DNA of 64,000 bases from Gammaproteobacteria bacterium (GCA_965221955.1 CBDCTA010000029.1:576001-640000), one strand, 5' to 3'. Shown: positions 46,260-56,134, counted from the first letter of the stretch. Numbers and translations: made by a program. Notes: generated by a model not told the origin, from the letters alone.

Positions 46260-46661
46260 ATGGATCTTGAATTGGATACACCAACAGCTAAATCATTTCT
46301 AGAATTTGTTAAAGGTAAAATTGATGAAGCTAGTAAGCTTAAAAACTTGGACCATGAAGTGCTAGAGGGCCTATATGCTGAAAATTCCCCTATAACAATT
46401 GATAAAGATGATGTTAAGTCTGTTCTAATACAATTAAAAAATAAGGATGCCCTCGAAGAAGATGTGCAACTGTGGGCTTGTTTTTTGCGATGGGGCAACT
46501 TCCCTTCTGATAACAGAAAGCCAATTTTTCCCATAGACATAGAATACAAATTAGAAGACGAGGACTGGATTGTTGAGGTTGTGTCAAGGCTTGATGAGCT
46601 TGGAGATCTAATTGATGGGACAATTAGTGAGAAAGAAATTAATAAATATCTAAACGAATAA
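46260..46661 (+). CDS. Hypothetical acidic protein
   Basis: 133-aa ORF from ATG 46260, ends before a terminator; no recognisable motif. Confidence 0.6.
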   Translation: MDLELDTPTAKSFLEFVKGKIDEASKLKNLDHEVLEGLYAENSPITIDKDDVKSVLIQLKNKDALEEDVQLWACFLRWGNFPSDNRKPIFPIDIEYKLEDEDWIVEVVSRLDELGDLIDGTISEKEINKYLNE

Positions 46662-46663
46662 AT

Positions 46664-46693
46664 AAAAAAGCCTAACAGATAATTGTTAGGCTT
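46664..46693 (-). terminator. Intrinsic terminator between convergent genes
   Basis: AAAAAAGCCTAACA-GATAAT-TGTTAGGCTT. Confidence 0.75.
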
Positions 46694-46722
46694 AAATAAT
46701 TAAAGAAGAAATAAACTTTAGT

Positions 46723-47199
46723 TTAATTAACTAATGTGTCTGTAATGATATGTGAATTCACAATGTCTTTACGCGCAGACCAAAGGATAGCGAGTACTTC
46801 ATTGCGTTCTTGTTGACCAACTTTATGCATCTCACATGCTGCTAATACATCATCCACTACAGCATTGAATTCCATTTCGTTTATGTTCATGCCTTTGTGT
46901 GCGGTTTTCATGTCCATGCCTTTGTACTCAACATCTGTTGCGCCCGTTGCAGCTGCAAAGATTTCAAACACTCTTTTTTTAACGTAAGCTGGGTCGCTTG
47001 CTGCAAAACGATCTTTAACAATTGGATTTTTTGTATGGTTATTCCAGATGTCTTCAACAATTGCTTTTACTTTTTCACGACCACCAATTCTTTCGTATAA
47101 AGACCTTTCTACTGACACCGATGTGTCTGGTGCTTCGGAAGAACATGCAGTTAGAAACATTGCTGCGAGTAGAATTGAAATGAGGCTAATTATTTTCAT
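46723..47199 (-). CDS. Group I truncated haemoglobin with lipoprotein signal peptide
   Basis: SLYERIGG, YKGMDMKTAHKGMNINEMEFNAVVDD; N-terminal lipobox LTAC. Confidence 0.85.
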   Translation of the reverse strand: MKIISLISILLAAMFLTACSSEAPDTSVSVERSLYERIGGREKVKAIVEDIWNNHTKNPIVKDRFAASDPAYVKKRVFEIFAAATGATDVEYKGMDMKTAHKGMNINEMEFNAVVDDVLAACEMHKVGQQERNEVLAILWSARKDIVNSHIITDTLVN

Positions 47200-47346
47200 T
47201 TTGTAAACTCCGTAATCTTCTTAAAGATTTATTTGTATTTTATGAGTATATAGTACTGGTATTGGGGCTTGCTTACTACTCTCTACATATGGCGTATGCC
47301 ATTGATTTAGCTATGCTATTTCGCAGTAAATTATTGATTAATTGAT

Positions 47347-49236
47347 ATGACCTTAGTTCGGTTTGATGAGGTGTCGCTGGAGTTTGGTGACACTCCGCTT
47401 TTAGTGGAAGCAAATTTTGCCATTGATGCAAAGGAACGCGTGTGCCTGATTGGTCGTAATGGGGCGGGGAAGTCGTCGATGTTAAAGATGATTGCTCACG
47501 AACTTGATTCAGATCATGGCGAAATTCAATGGAAAGGAAATTTGAGGATTAGCACATTAGAGCAAAACTTATTGGAGAGTTCAGATGAGTTGGTGAAAAA
47601 CGTTGTATTGCATGGTTTAACTGAACAACAAAAATTAATAGACCAATACCATGCGTTATCCAAACAAGATTTAGATGATAATGGGCTAAATGAATTGCAT
47701 GAACTGCAACAACTTATCGATGCATGTGGTGGTTGGCAATTAGAGCAGCGTGTTGAAACCATCATGACGCAATTACAGTTATCGGGTGAACAGAAGTTAA
47801 GTGAATTATCAGGTGGGTGGCGAAGGCGCGTCGCCTTAGGTAAAGCATTGGTTTCTCAACCTGAGTTATTGCTTTTAGATGAGCCTACTAACCATCTAGA
47901 TATCAGCACTATCGAATGGTTAGAGCACCATGTGCGTGGTTATCAAGGCAGTGTGATTTTTATTACTCATGATCGTACATTCTTGCAAAAACTTGCGACA
48001 CGAATTGTAGAAATTGATCGCGGCAAGCTCATCAGCTGGCCTGGTAATTACAGCAATTATCTCAAGTTAAAAGAAAAAGCTTTAGACGAGGAAGAAACCA
48101 GTAATAAGTTATTTGATAAAAAATTAGCACAAGAAGAGTCCTGGATACGGCAAGGAATTAAAGCAAGGCGTACCCGTAATGAAGGGAGAGTGAGAGCGCT
48201 TAAAGCGATGCGAGAAGAACGTGCAAAACGAATTAAGCGTGAAAGTGCTGCGCGCATACATCTTGAAACTGCAGAAAAGTCTGGTCGTAAAGTAATCACT
48301 GTGCGAAATGTTACTCATGGTTATGGAGGTCGAGCTTTAATTAAAGATTTTTCATTAAAAGTGCAACGTGGCGATCGTATTGGATTAATTGGTAATAATG
48401 GTGTTGGGAAAAGTACTTTGTTAAAAATTTTATTGGGAGAGATTGAGCCTGATAAAGGTACTGTGAAGCTAGGTACAAATTTGGAGATTGCCTATTTCGA
48501 TCAGCTAAGACAAGACTTGGAGTTAAATAAAACTATTGCCGAAAATATTGGCGAAGGAAAAGACTATTTAACTTTGAATGGCAAGCAACGACATGTGATT
48601 GGATATTTGAAAAACTTTTTGTTTAGTCCCAAGCGTGCCATGACGCCGGTAAAAGCATTGTCAGGTGGTGAACGAAATCGTGTCATTCTTGCTAAGTTAT
48701 TTACTAAGCCTGCCAATCTTTTAGTATTGGATGAGCCTACTAATGATTTAGATGTGGAAATGTTAGAAGTACTCGAGCAGCGATTAGTAGAATTTACAGG
48801 AACCTTAATTTTAGTAAGTCATGATCGCGATTTTTTAGATAATGTTGTCACAAGCACTTTAGTGTTCGAGGAAGATGGTAAATTGCAGGAATATGTAGGT
48901 GGTTATAAAGATTGGGCGCGGCGTGGCAAGCATTTGTTAGAAATGGATACACCTCAGAGTCGTAGTTCTGTGAGGGATTCTGAGAGTTCTTTGATACCAG
49001 TAGAAAAGAAGCCAAAGAAGCTAAGTTATAAATTACAACGTGAGTTAGATGACTTGCCAGCAAAAATAGAAGAGCTGGAAAAATTCATCGAAAGCCTTAC
49101 CGAAACAGTTGAGAGACCTGATTTTTATGATCAGCCTTATGAGGAAACTAGCGAGACGCTTGAGCAATTATCCATCGCACAGCTGGAGTTAGATCGAGTG
49201 ATGGAGAGGTGGTCTGAATTAGAGGGAATGTTGTAG
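47347..49236 (+). CDS. uup: ABC-F family ATPase Uup
   Basis: Two ABC domains, WIRQGIKARRTRNEGRVRAL linker, C-terminal KLSYKLQREL. Confidence 0.95.
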   Translation: MTLVRFDEVSLEFGDTPLLVEANFAIDAKERVCLIGRNGAGKSSMLKMIAHELDSDHGEIQWKGNLRISTLEQNLLESSDELVKNVVLHGLTEQQKLIDQYHALSKQDLDDNGLNELHELQQLIDACGGWQLEQRVETIMTQLQLSGEQKLSELSGGWRRRVALGKALVSQPELLLLDEPTNHLDISTIEWLEHHVRGYQGSVIFITHDRTFLQKLATRIVEIDRGKLISWPGNYSNYLKLKEKALDEEETSNKLFDKKLAQEESWIRQGIKARRTRNEGRVRALKAMREERAKRIKRESAARIHLETAEKSGRKVITVRNVTHGYGGRALIKDFSLKVQRGDRIGLIGNNGVGKSTLLKILLGEIEPDKGTVKLGTNLEIAYFDQLRQDLELNKTIAENIGEGKDYLTLNGKQRHVIGYLKNFLFSPKRAMTPVKALSGGERNRVILAKLFTKPANLLVLDEPTNDLDVEMLEVLEQRLVEFTGTLILVSHDRDFLDNVVTSTLVFEEDGKLQEYVGGYKDWARRGKHLLEMDTPQSRSSVRDSESSLIPVEKKPKKLSYKLQRELDDLPAKIEELEKFIESLTETVERPDFYDQPYEETSETLEQLSIAQLELDRVMERWSELEGML

Positions 49237-49359
49237 AAAGCTCTGATTTGTTATGAGATGAGGCAAAAATATCGAGAAGAGTGACATGTATGTACTTATG
49301 CGCGAATGTATTCGAGATAATTTTTTAACGAAGTATTCAAGACAAATCAGAGCTTTCTA
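49234..49359. repeat. ERIC/MITE-like palindromic element, copy 4 (opposite orientation)
   Basis: Perfect 18-bp terminal IR TAGAAAGCTCTGATTTGT / ACAAATCAGAGCTTTCTA; 126 bp; TA at both ends. Confidence 0.82.
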
Positions 49360-50431
49360 GATATTCTTTGCATTCAATGTAATTTCCACGAAAACAAATA
49401 AATCCTTCACGTTTTCTTAGCTGGTCTTCATACATAGGGTCGTAGTAATTATCTAATATCGTTTTAAGCCAATCATAATGATCTGATGTCTCGCCAGTTT
49501 CTTTTTGGCGTTTGAGTGCTTTCTTCATCATTTTGTGTGCCGTTTCGTAACGTACAGGGCCTAGTCTTTTTTGAATTTTTTCTAAACACTGTAATAAGTA
49601 TTCTGAAAAGCATTCAAAAGCAGTTTCGGTGTTTTGGCTTTTAAATTCTGTCAGCATGTTGACAACGTATTCTTGTACTAGCCTTTCTAGCCTAATTTCA
49701 TAGGGTTCTTCTATCACTACTATTGGCGAATTCCGCATTTTTTCAAATAAGTTTTTAGGTAAGCCAACTTTTCCAATCGTGCGTGCTTCATCTTCTAGAG
49801 TGATATTGAAAATATTTTTATTTCTTAGTTTTAAAAAATCGATAGCTAAAATATTTTCAAAATTAATTTGGTTATTTTGCTCTTTGGCGTGACGACCAAA
49901 ACTTGAACCACGATGGTAAGCTGCGGCCTCTAGATCGACACCATTATTAAGTTCATTAATCAGGGTTGTTTTAGCAGAGCCGGTTTTGCCTCCAACCAGT
50001 TTAAAGGAGCATTGTTGGGCGGTTGTTTCTAACTCTTTTAGTAAGAAAGCGCGCATCGCTTTATAACCCCCCTCTATGATAGGAAGATTAGCTCCTGCGT
50101 CTTGCATCCATTGTTGCGTGATTTTGGAACGCAATCCTCCACGAAAGCAGTACAGATAGCCGTTCGGGTTTTGTTTGGCAAATTGCACCCATGCTGAAAT
50201 ACGCGTTTTACGCATATCACCTTGTACAAGCTCATTACCTTTTAATATGGCTTGGTCTTGTCCGTGATTTTTGTAGCAGATACCAACTGTTTCACGTTGC
50301 TGGTCGTCCATGAGAGGTAAGTTTTTTGCAGATGGAAAAGCGCCACGTAAAAATTCAACAGGTGCGCGAACATCCATTAAGGGTGTGTTATGGATAAATA
50401 ATTCAGCATAATGGTTAGTGATAACTTTCAT
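49337..50431 (-). CDS. selU: tRNA 2-selenouridine synthase
   Basis: Rhodanese DVRAPVEF, YCFRGGLRS, P-loop GKTGSAKT, HRGSSFG, YYDPMY. Confidence 0.95.
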   Translation of the reverse strand: MKVITNHYAELFIHNTPLMDVRAPVEFLRGAFPSAKNLPLMDDQQRETVGICYKNHGQDQAILKGNELVQGDMRKTRISAWVQFAKQNPNGYLYCFRGGLRSKITQQWMQDAGANLPIIEGGYKAMRAFLLKELETTAQQCSFKLVGGKTGSAKTTLINELNNGVDLEAAAYHRGSSFGRHAKEQNNQINFENILAIDFLKLRNKNIFNITLEDEARTIGKVGLPKNLFEKMRNSPIVVIEEPYEIRLERLVQEYVVNMLTEFKSQNTETAFECFSEYLLQCLEKIQKRLGPVRYETAHKMMKKALKRQKETGETSDHYDWLKTILDNYYDPMYEDQLRKREGFICFRGNYIECKEYLESSDLS

Positions 50432-50443
50432 GATCACTGTAAA

Positions 50444-51121
50444 TTATTTGCTTGAGAAATAGATGTCGCCATAACTTGCTTTAGCTATGCTTTTTGAGTT
50501 ATCGGTGTCAGTCATGATAGCAATACCATCGATATATTTTGGTACTTTATCAAAATGTTTAAACAGATCTTCCTTTATATTTACTTTTTCGTAGTTCCAT
50601 ATGCCAGTTTCATCAAGATTACGACGAATTGGAATCATGATTGCTTTTCCCGTATATGGGTTGGGCCAAGATGTGTCAATTTCATCATTGCTAGACCAAA
50701 CATAATTCAATGCTTTTGCGCTTAAAGGTGTAATGCCTGTTTTAAATACAACATAAATTCGTGCTGCATAATCATCATTGTTTTTACTTTTTTCGTCTAA
50801 TGCATGTAGAGCTTGATCAATGCGCCAGCTCCAATTTAAAAATGGCGTTTCATTTATATTAATCTTAGTTTTTTTGTACAGAGCTGATGCAGTGTGTTTA
50901 CTTTCAGCTTTTAAAAAATATTCTTCATTTTCTTGCACAATGGTATAGCTGGTTTTGCCTACAAAAGATTTATTTTTCCATCCCTCTAAATTCATTGTGC
51001 TAAATTCACCTATTGTTAATTTAGTAAAATTGGATGTGCTCGCATAACTGCCAGCTGTATAATAGAAAATTAAGCCCAAAAATAAGGCTAAAATAACTTT
51101 ATTAGCATTTAGCATAATCAT
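50444..51121 (-). CDS. DUF3047 domain secreted protein
   Basis: TPFLNWSWRI, DDYAARIYV, ALNYVWS, AIMTDTDN; start 51115 or 51121 likely. Confidence 0.85.
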   Translation of the reverse strand: MIMLNANKVILALFLGLIFYYTAGSYASTSNFTKLTIGEFSTMNLEGWKNKSFVGKTSYTIVQENEEYFLKAESKHTASALYKKTKININETPFLNWSWRIDQALHALDEKSKNNDDYAARIYVVFKTGITPLSAKALNYVWSSNDEIDTSWPNPYTGKAIMIPIRRNLDETGIWNYEKVNIKEDLFKHFDKVPKYIDGIAIMTDTDNSKSIAKASYGDIYFSSK

Positions 51122-51163
51122 CCTTTTTTCAATGCAAGCTACTTTTATAGTGGAACCCAACTG

Positions 51164-52216
51164 ATGTTAGATAACAAATACTATACACAAGACCAACATG
51201 GGCCTTTTGAGTTCTATGCGCTTGGTGATTTTCAGCTCGAATCGGGTGAGGTCTTGCAAAATGCTCAACTTGCTTATGCCATACATGGCAACCTTAATGA
51301 AGCCAAAGACAATGCAGTTTTGTTTACGATTATGTTCTCAGGTACCTCCAAGAATATGGAGCATTACATTGGAGAGGGGAAAGCATTAGATCCTGACAAA
51401 TATTGCATCATTTTGCCTAATCAACTGGGAGCAGGTTTATCAACTTCACCACATAACGCTGATGAGCCACAAAGCATGTCTAAATTTCCTGCAATTTCGA
51501 TTGCAGACGATGTGATTGCACAACACAAGTTACTGACAGAACATTTTGGAATACAAGAATTACAGTTGGTCACGGGGTGGTCGATGGGAGCTCAGCAAAC
51601 CTATGAGTGGGCAATACGTTATCCTAACATGGTCAAACGTGCGGCGCCGGTTGCGGGAACCGCGAAGTGCACGGTTCACGATGCGTTATATGTGGACGTA
51701 TTTAATGAAGCTTTAAAATCTGACCCAGAATGGCGCGATGGAAATTATTCTGACCCAAATGCATGTAAGCTTGGGTTAAAACGCTTGGCACATGTCTTTG
51801 CATTAATGGGTTTGTGTACCGAGTTTTATCGGCAAGAGCAATGGAAAAGAATTGGTTTTGATTCTATGCAAGAAATGTTAAGCGGTTTTTGGGAGGCTTG
51901 GTTTCAGCCGATGGATCCAAATGCACTATTGTTACAAGCAAAAAAATGGCAGCAAGGTGATTCTAGCAAACATGCAAATGGAGACTTGGTCCAAGCTTTG
52001 AAAAGAATTAAAGCTAAGACTTATGTAATCGCATTTGAGCAGGATATGTTTGTGCCTGTTTTAGATTGTAAACGTGAACAGCAGCAAATTTCCGATAGTG
52101 AATTAAAGGTTATTCCATCTTTAATGGGGCATTTTGCAATGCTGGGTTTATTTGAAGAAGATTTTGAGCAGATTGATAGTATTTTTCGCTCATTATTGTC
52201 TTGTGATGTTTCCTAA
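51164..52216 (+). CDS. Alpha/beta hydrolase of the homoserine acetyltransferase (MetX-like) fold
   Basis: GWSMGAQQ nucleophile elbow, DMF, GHFA; substrate uncertain. Confidence 0.8.
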   Translation: MLDNKYYTQDQHGPFEFYALGDFQLESGEVLQNAQLAYAIHGNLNEAKDNAVLFTIMFSGTSKNMEHYIGEGKALDPDKYCIILPNQLGAGLSTSPHNADEPQSMSKFPAISIADDVIAQHKLLTEHFGIQELQLVTGWSMGAQQTYEWAIRYPNMVKRAAPVAGTAKCTVHDALYVDVFNEALKSDPEWRDGNYSDPNACKLGLKRLAHVFALMGLCTEFYRQEQWKRIGFDSMQEMLSGFWEAWFQPMDPNALLLQAKKWQQGDSSKHANGDLVQALKRIKAKTYVIAFEQDMFVPVLDCKREQQQISDSELKVIPSLMGHFAMLGLFEEDFEQIDSIFRSLLSCDVS

Positions 52217-52294
52217 GGCATATACTCTTTAGTCTTATCAAAGCGGTATACTTAAATACTCATATAATATATCTCTAGGAAATAGTATCCCAGT

Positions 52295-52780
52295 ATGTCG
52301 GCACATTTTAAATGGTTTGGAAAGCGTGAATCCGTTGAAGAGGTGGAGGAAGGTAAGTTGCTTGCACCTAAATTTGACGAGCACGGATTAGTGCCTGCGG
52401 TGACTACGGCTGCTCAAACGGGTGAGTTGTTGATGTTGGGCTATATGAATGCGGAAGCTCTGGAGAAAACTATTGAAACGGGTGAAGCACATTACTGGAG
52501 TCGCAGTCGGGAGTGTTTATGGCACAAAGGTGCAACCAGTGGTTTGGTGCAAAAAGTGGTTGAGTTGCGTATTGATGATGACCAAGATGCGGTGTGGTTG
52601 CGTGTAGAAGTTGCTGGTGATGCAAGTTGTCATGTAGGTTATCGTTCATGTTTTTATCGTGCAATCCCTACAGGCGATAAACCAAAAGACGCTCCAATTG
52701 AAATGGAATTTAAGGAGTATGAAAAAGTATTTGATCCTGTTGAAGTGTATGGAGACGCGCCCAACCCTACTAAGCTGTAG
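52295..52780 (+). CDS. hisI: Phosphoribosyl-AMP cyclohydrolase
   Basis: [31 protein letters not shown]. Confidence 0.93.
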   Translation: MSAHFKWFGKRESVEEVEEGKLLAPKFDEHGLVPAVTTAAQTGELLMLGYMNAEALEKTIETGEAHYWSRSRECLWHKGATSGLVQKVVELRIDDDQDAVWLRVEVAGDASCHVGYRSCFYRAIPTGDKPKDAPIEMEFKEYEKVFDPVEVYGDAPNPTKL

Positions 52781-52792
52781 CTAACTACTTAA

Positions 52793-53872
52793 ATGGAAAA
52801 TCTTCAAGCCCTATATGATTCTTGGCTCGCAATCTTTGGGCCCAACCCCTATCTCAAAGCATTTGGAATTGTTTTAGCTTTTGTAGCTTTTGCCTTAGTT
52901 TTTAATTTAATCATTATACGTTTTTTAAAACGTCTTACTGCTAAGACGGCTATTAAAGGCGATGATCATATTATTGATCTTGTGCAAAAACCGATTTTTG
53001 TAAGCTTAATGATATTTGGTTTTGTGCAGGCAATTAAAGTTTTGGACATGCCTGAAAACGTTATGGTTACAACTGTTGCAGTTTTAAAAACCATTGTCAT
53101 TATTGTTTGGGCAACCTTTGCGATTAGGTTCTCAAGATTTTTGCTGACAGCAATCAGTACAAGAAAAGAGGACAATAAAAATAAGCTTATACAGCACAGT
53201 ACATTGCCGTTATTTAGTAACCTTGCGTTATTGATTATTGTTGCTGCAACAATATACATGCTGTTTTTAGCATGGGGGATTGATGTCACTGCCTGGTTAG
53301 CGTCTGCAGGAATTATTGGTTTAGCACTTAGTTTTGCAGCTAAAGACACTTTGGCAAATTTATTTGCAGGCGTTTTTATTTTAGCGGATACACCTTATAA
53401 GTTAGGTGATTATATTGTTTTAGATTCAGGTGAGCGTGGCAAGGTTACCCATATTGGAATTCGAAGCACACGGATGCTGACGCGCGATGATATCGAAATC
53501 ACGGTTCCAAACTCGGTTATGGGTAATGCAAAAATTACCAATGAAGCAGGTGGGCCATACAGTAAGCGGCGAATACGTGTAAAAGTTGGGGTAGCGTATG
53601 GTAGTGACATTGATAAAGTGCGAGAAGTGTTGGAGCAAGTTGCTAAAGATAATGAAAAAGTTTGTGGGCTCCCAGAGCCTCGTGTGCGGCTACGAAATTT
53701 TGGGCCTTCAAGTGTGGATTTCGAATTGCTATGCTGGATTGATCAACCAGTGCTACGTGGGCAAGTATTAGACCAGCTGTATTCAGATGTGTATAAGAAG
53801 TTCATCGAACACAATATTGAAATCCCATATAGTAAACAAGATGTCTACATTAAAAGTATGCCTTCGGCTTGA
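52793..53872 (+). CDS. MscS family mechanosensitive channel
   Basis: GLALSFAAKDTLANLFAG, IGIRST, VGVAYGSD, IEIPY. Confidence 0.92.
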   Translation: MENLQALYDSWLAIFGPNPYLKAFGIVLAFVAFALVFNLIIIRFLKRLTAKTAIKGDDHIIDLVQKPIFVSLMIFGFVQAIKVLDMPENVMVTTVAVLKTIVIIVWATFAIRFSRFLLTAISTRKEDNKNKLIQHSTLPLFSNLALLIIVAATIYMLFLAWGIDVTAWLASAGIIGLALSFAAKDTLANLFAGVFILADTPYKLGDYIVLDSGERGKVTHIGIRSTRMLTRDDIEITVPNSVMGNAKITNEAGGPYSKRRIRVKVGVAYGSDIDKVREVLEQVAKDNEKVCGLPEPRVRLRNFGPSSVDFELLCWIDQPVLRGQVLDQLYSDVYKKFIEHNIEIPYSKQDVYIKSMPSA

Positions 53873-53908
53873 GCTAGGGTAGTAATTAAAAAATTAAATT
53901 GGAATTAG

Positions 53909-54082
53909 ATGAAAAATCGAACCTCTACTTCTACTGCTAAAGGACAAAGCCTCGATGAAGCCGTTTGTGATGGCGGAGCCGGTGTTTTAGGGCATCCAAA
54001 AGTTTATTTGCCCTTTGGTAAAAAATCAGAGGTGACTTGTTACTACTGCGGTAAAAGATTTGAGAAAAAGACAACTAATTAA
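53909..54082 (+). CDS. zf-CHCC zinc-finger protein (57 aa, not in ORF track)
   Basis: Manual translation ...AVCDGGAGVLGHPKVYLPFGKKSEVTCYYCGKRF... Confidence 0.85.
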   Translation: MKNRTSTSTAKGQSLDEAVCDGGAGVLGHPKVYLPFGKKSEVTCYYCGKRFEKKTTN

Positions 54083-54266
54083 TAGAACATTTCTACTGTC
54101 TTAGTAGGAAAATGTAATAGCTGTTTAAGAAAACGCATTGCAAAGGAGCTGCATAGTAATACTTCTTTTAGTTCGTGACTCGTTCCTGTAAATTTAGGCC
54201 AAATTTTTCATTCTAATTTTTAGTCAATCTTTTGTATTAAAAGCTTATTTTAAGTGAGGTTTATAT

Positions 54267-54659
54267 ATGTCTACGGATCGGATAAGTGTCATGGTGACTT
54301 CTGGAAACCGTGAGCAATTGCAGATGGCTGCAATGGTGGCATCGGTTGGTGCAGTTAGTGGATCAGATGTAACGGTATTTTTATCTATGAATGCACTGAA
54401 ATTTTTTCTTAAAGACTCTAGTGAAAAAGCACCTGCTGAAGGAGAGATGGGGAGATTAATGGAAGAAAAAAATGCACCTGACTTTATGGAATTGTTTTCA
54501 CAAGCTGTAGAGTACGGAGATGCAAAAATTTTCCCTTGTTCCATGGCGGTAGATATACTGAATATAAAACAAGAAGATCTAGAAGACTTTGTTTCAGACC
54601 CGTTAGGACTAACTGCGTTTCTAGGTGATGCATCTGAAGGCCAAGTTTGGCACTTTTAA
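54267..54659 (+). CDS. DsrE/DsrF-like (DrsE_2) sulfur relay protein
   Basis: VTVFLSMNAL, IFPCSMAVD, GLTAFL. Confidence 0.82.
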   Translation: MSTDRISVMVTSGNREQLQMAAMVASVGAVSGSDVTVFLSMNALKFFLKDSSEKAPAEGEMGRLMEEKNAPDFMELFSQAVEYGDAKIFPCSMAVDILNIKQEDLEDFVSDPLGLTAFLGDASEGQVWHF

Positions 54660-54711
54660 GATTTATTGAGTCTAAGAATTTTATTAATAAAATATTCTCA
54701 GGGAGAGTAAT

Positions 54712-54942
54712 GTGGCAGAAAGAAAAGTAGTTGATGCTAAAAATACGTTTTGTCCAGGACCATTAATGGAGCTGATTGGGCAAATGAAAATGGCCGAAGT
54801 AGGAGACGAATTAGAAATTTTGTCTACTGATCAAGGGTCGGCAAATGATATTCCTGAGTGGATCAACAAAGTTGGTCACGAAATGATAGATAGTTTTGAA
54901 GAAGCAGGTGTTTGGCATATTGTAGTTAAAAAAGCCAAATAG
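54712..54942 (+). CDS. TusA-family sulfurtransferase
   Basis: CPGPLMEL, STDQGSANDIPEW. Confidence 0.92.
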   Translation: MAERKVVDAKNTFCPGPLMELIGQMKMAEVGDELEILSTDQGSANDIPEWINKVGHEMIDSFEEAGVWHIVVKKAK

Positions 54943-54994
54943 GCTCTTTAGTTAAGTAGCAAGTTAATAAAGAAATATAAGAGGAGAGGTAGTC

Positions 54995-56122
54995 ATGAAA
55001 ATACTCGTTGTAGGTGGTGGAATGGGCGGAACTATTCTGGCCAACAATTTAGCAAGAAGATTAAGTGGTGAATTAAAGTCAGGTAAGGCCAGCATCACCA
55101 TGCTATCTGCATCAGATAAACACATGTATCAGCCAGGTTTGTTGTATGTTGCTGTAGGCAAGATGACGCCGGATGAGTTGTATCGAGATCAAGTAAGTTT
55201 GCTTGAATCAAGTATTACATTTCGTGTAGACCCAGTTACTAAGTTTAATCTAAAAGAAAATAATGTAGTCACCGAAAGTGGTAAACAATATGACTACGAC
55301 ATTATCGTAATTTCTACTGGCTCGCGTGCTTTTGCAGAAGGTACGCCTGGGTTAGCAGAAAACGCTTTGCAATTTTATACAGAAGCCGATGCCGTAAATA
55401 TGTATAAAACGTTGCAAAGCTTTGAAGGTGGAAAAGTAGTTGTTGCAGTAGGTGTCCCGCACAAATGTCCAATGGCGCCATTGGAAATTACTTTCATGCT
55501 TGCAGATTATTTTAGAGAGCGAGGTATTTGGGACAAAGTGCAGATGCATTACACCTATCCAATTGGGCGAGTTCATAGCTTAGAGCCCGTTGCCAAATGG
55601 GCACAGCCAGAGTTTGATCGTTTGGGTATTACTTATGAAACTTTGTTTAATATGAAAGAAGTTACCCCAGGTAAAGTGATTAGCGAAGAAGGCACTGAAG
55701 CTGAGTACGATTTATTAGTGACTGTACCGTCACATAAAGGTATGCAAGTTATCGAAGATAGTGATTTAGGCGCAGGTGGGTTTATACCAACCAATCGCAC
55801 GCGCTTGAATATAGAAGGCTATGAAAATGCATTTGTAATTGGTGATACTACTAACTTGCCAATCAGTAAAGCAGGTTCTACTGCTCACTTTGAAGCTGAA
55901 GCGCTAGCAGAAAATATTGCCTCGACAATTAAAATCGGTACACCGGTTCGTGACTATGATGGCAAAGTATTTTGTTTCATTGAAGCGGGTGAAGGTAAGG
56001 CAACGTATGCCATGTTTAATTACCAAAATCCGCCTGATCCCAAAGCGCCTACCAAAGGTATTCATTGGTTTAAAACAGCCTATAACAAAATGTATTGGGC
56101 CAGTGCCCGCGGTCTTTTATAA
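54995..56122 (+). CDS. sqr: Sulfide:quinone oxidoreductase-like FAD-dependent oxidoreductase
   Basis: GGGMGG Rossmann, YQPG, KCPMAPLE, IGD, KAGSTAH, YDGKVFCF. Confidence 0.78.
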   Translation: MKILVVGGGMGGTILANNLARRLSGELKSGKASITMLSASDKHMYQPGLLYVAVGKMTPDELYRDQVSLLESSITFRVDPVTKFNLKENNVVTESGKQYDYDIIVISTGSRAFAEGTPGLAENALQFYTEADAVNMYKTLQSFEGGKVVVAVGVPHKCPMAPLEITFMLADYFRERGIWDKVQMHYTYPIGRVHSLEPVAKWAQPEFDRLGITYETLFNMKEVTPGKVISEEGTEAEYDLLVTVPSHKGMQVIEDSDLGAGGFIPTNRTRLNIEGYENAFVIGDTTNLPISKAGSTAHFEAEALAENIASTIKIGTPVRDYDGKVFCFIEAGEGKATYAMFNYQNPPDPKAPTKGIHWFKTAYNKMYWASARGLL

Positions 56123-56134
56123 GGGGATAGTGTT

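Noticed and set aside
51164-52216. Calling this gene metX
   Set aside because: Fold motifs fit but the HALTG/GGSMGG signatures of true MetX are absent; left as MetX-like hydrolase
49337-56122. Selenocysteine recoding prompted by selU
   Set aside because: Redox proteins in the window (thioredoxin, TusA, DsrE, ErpA, SQR-like) have ordinary Cys codons; no in-frame TGA read-through candidate was seen
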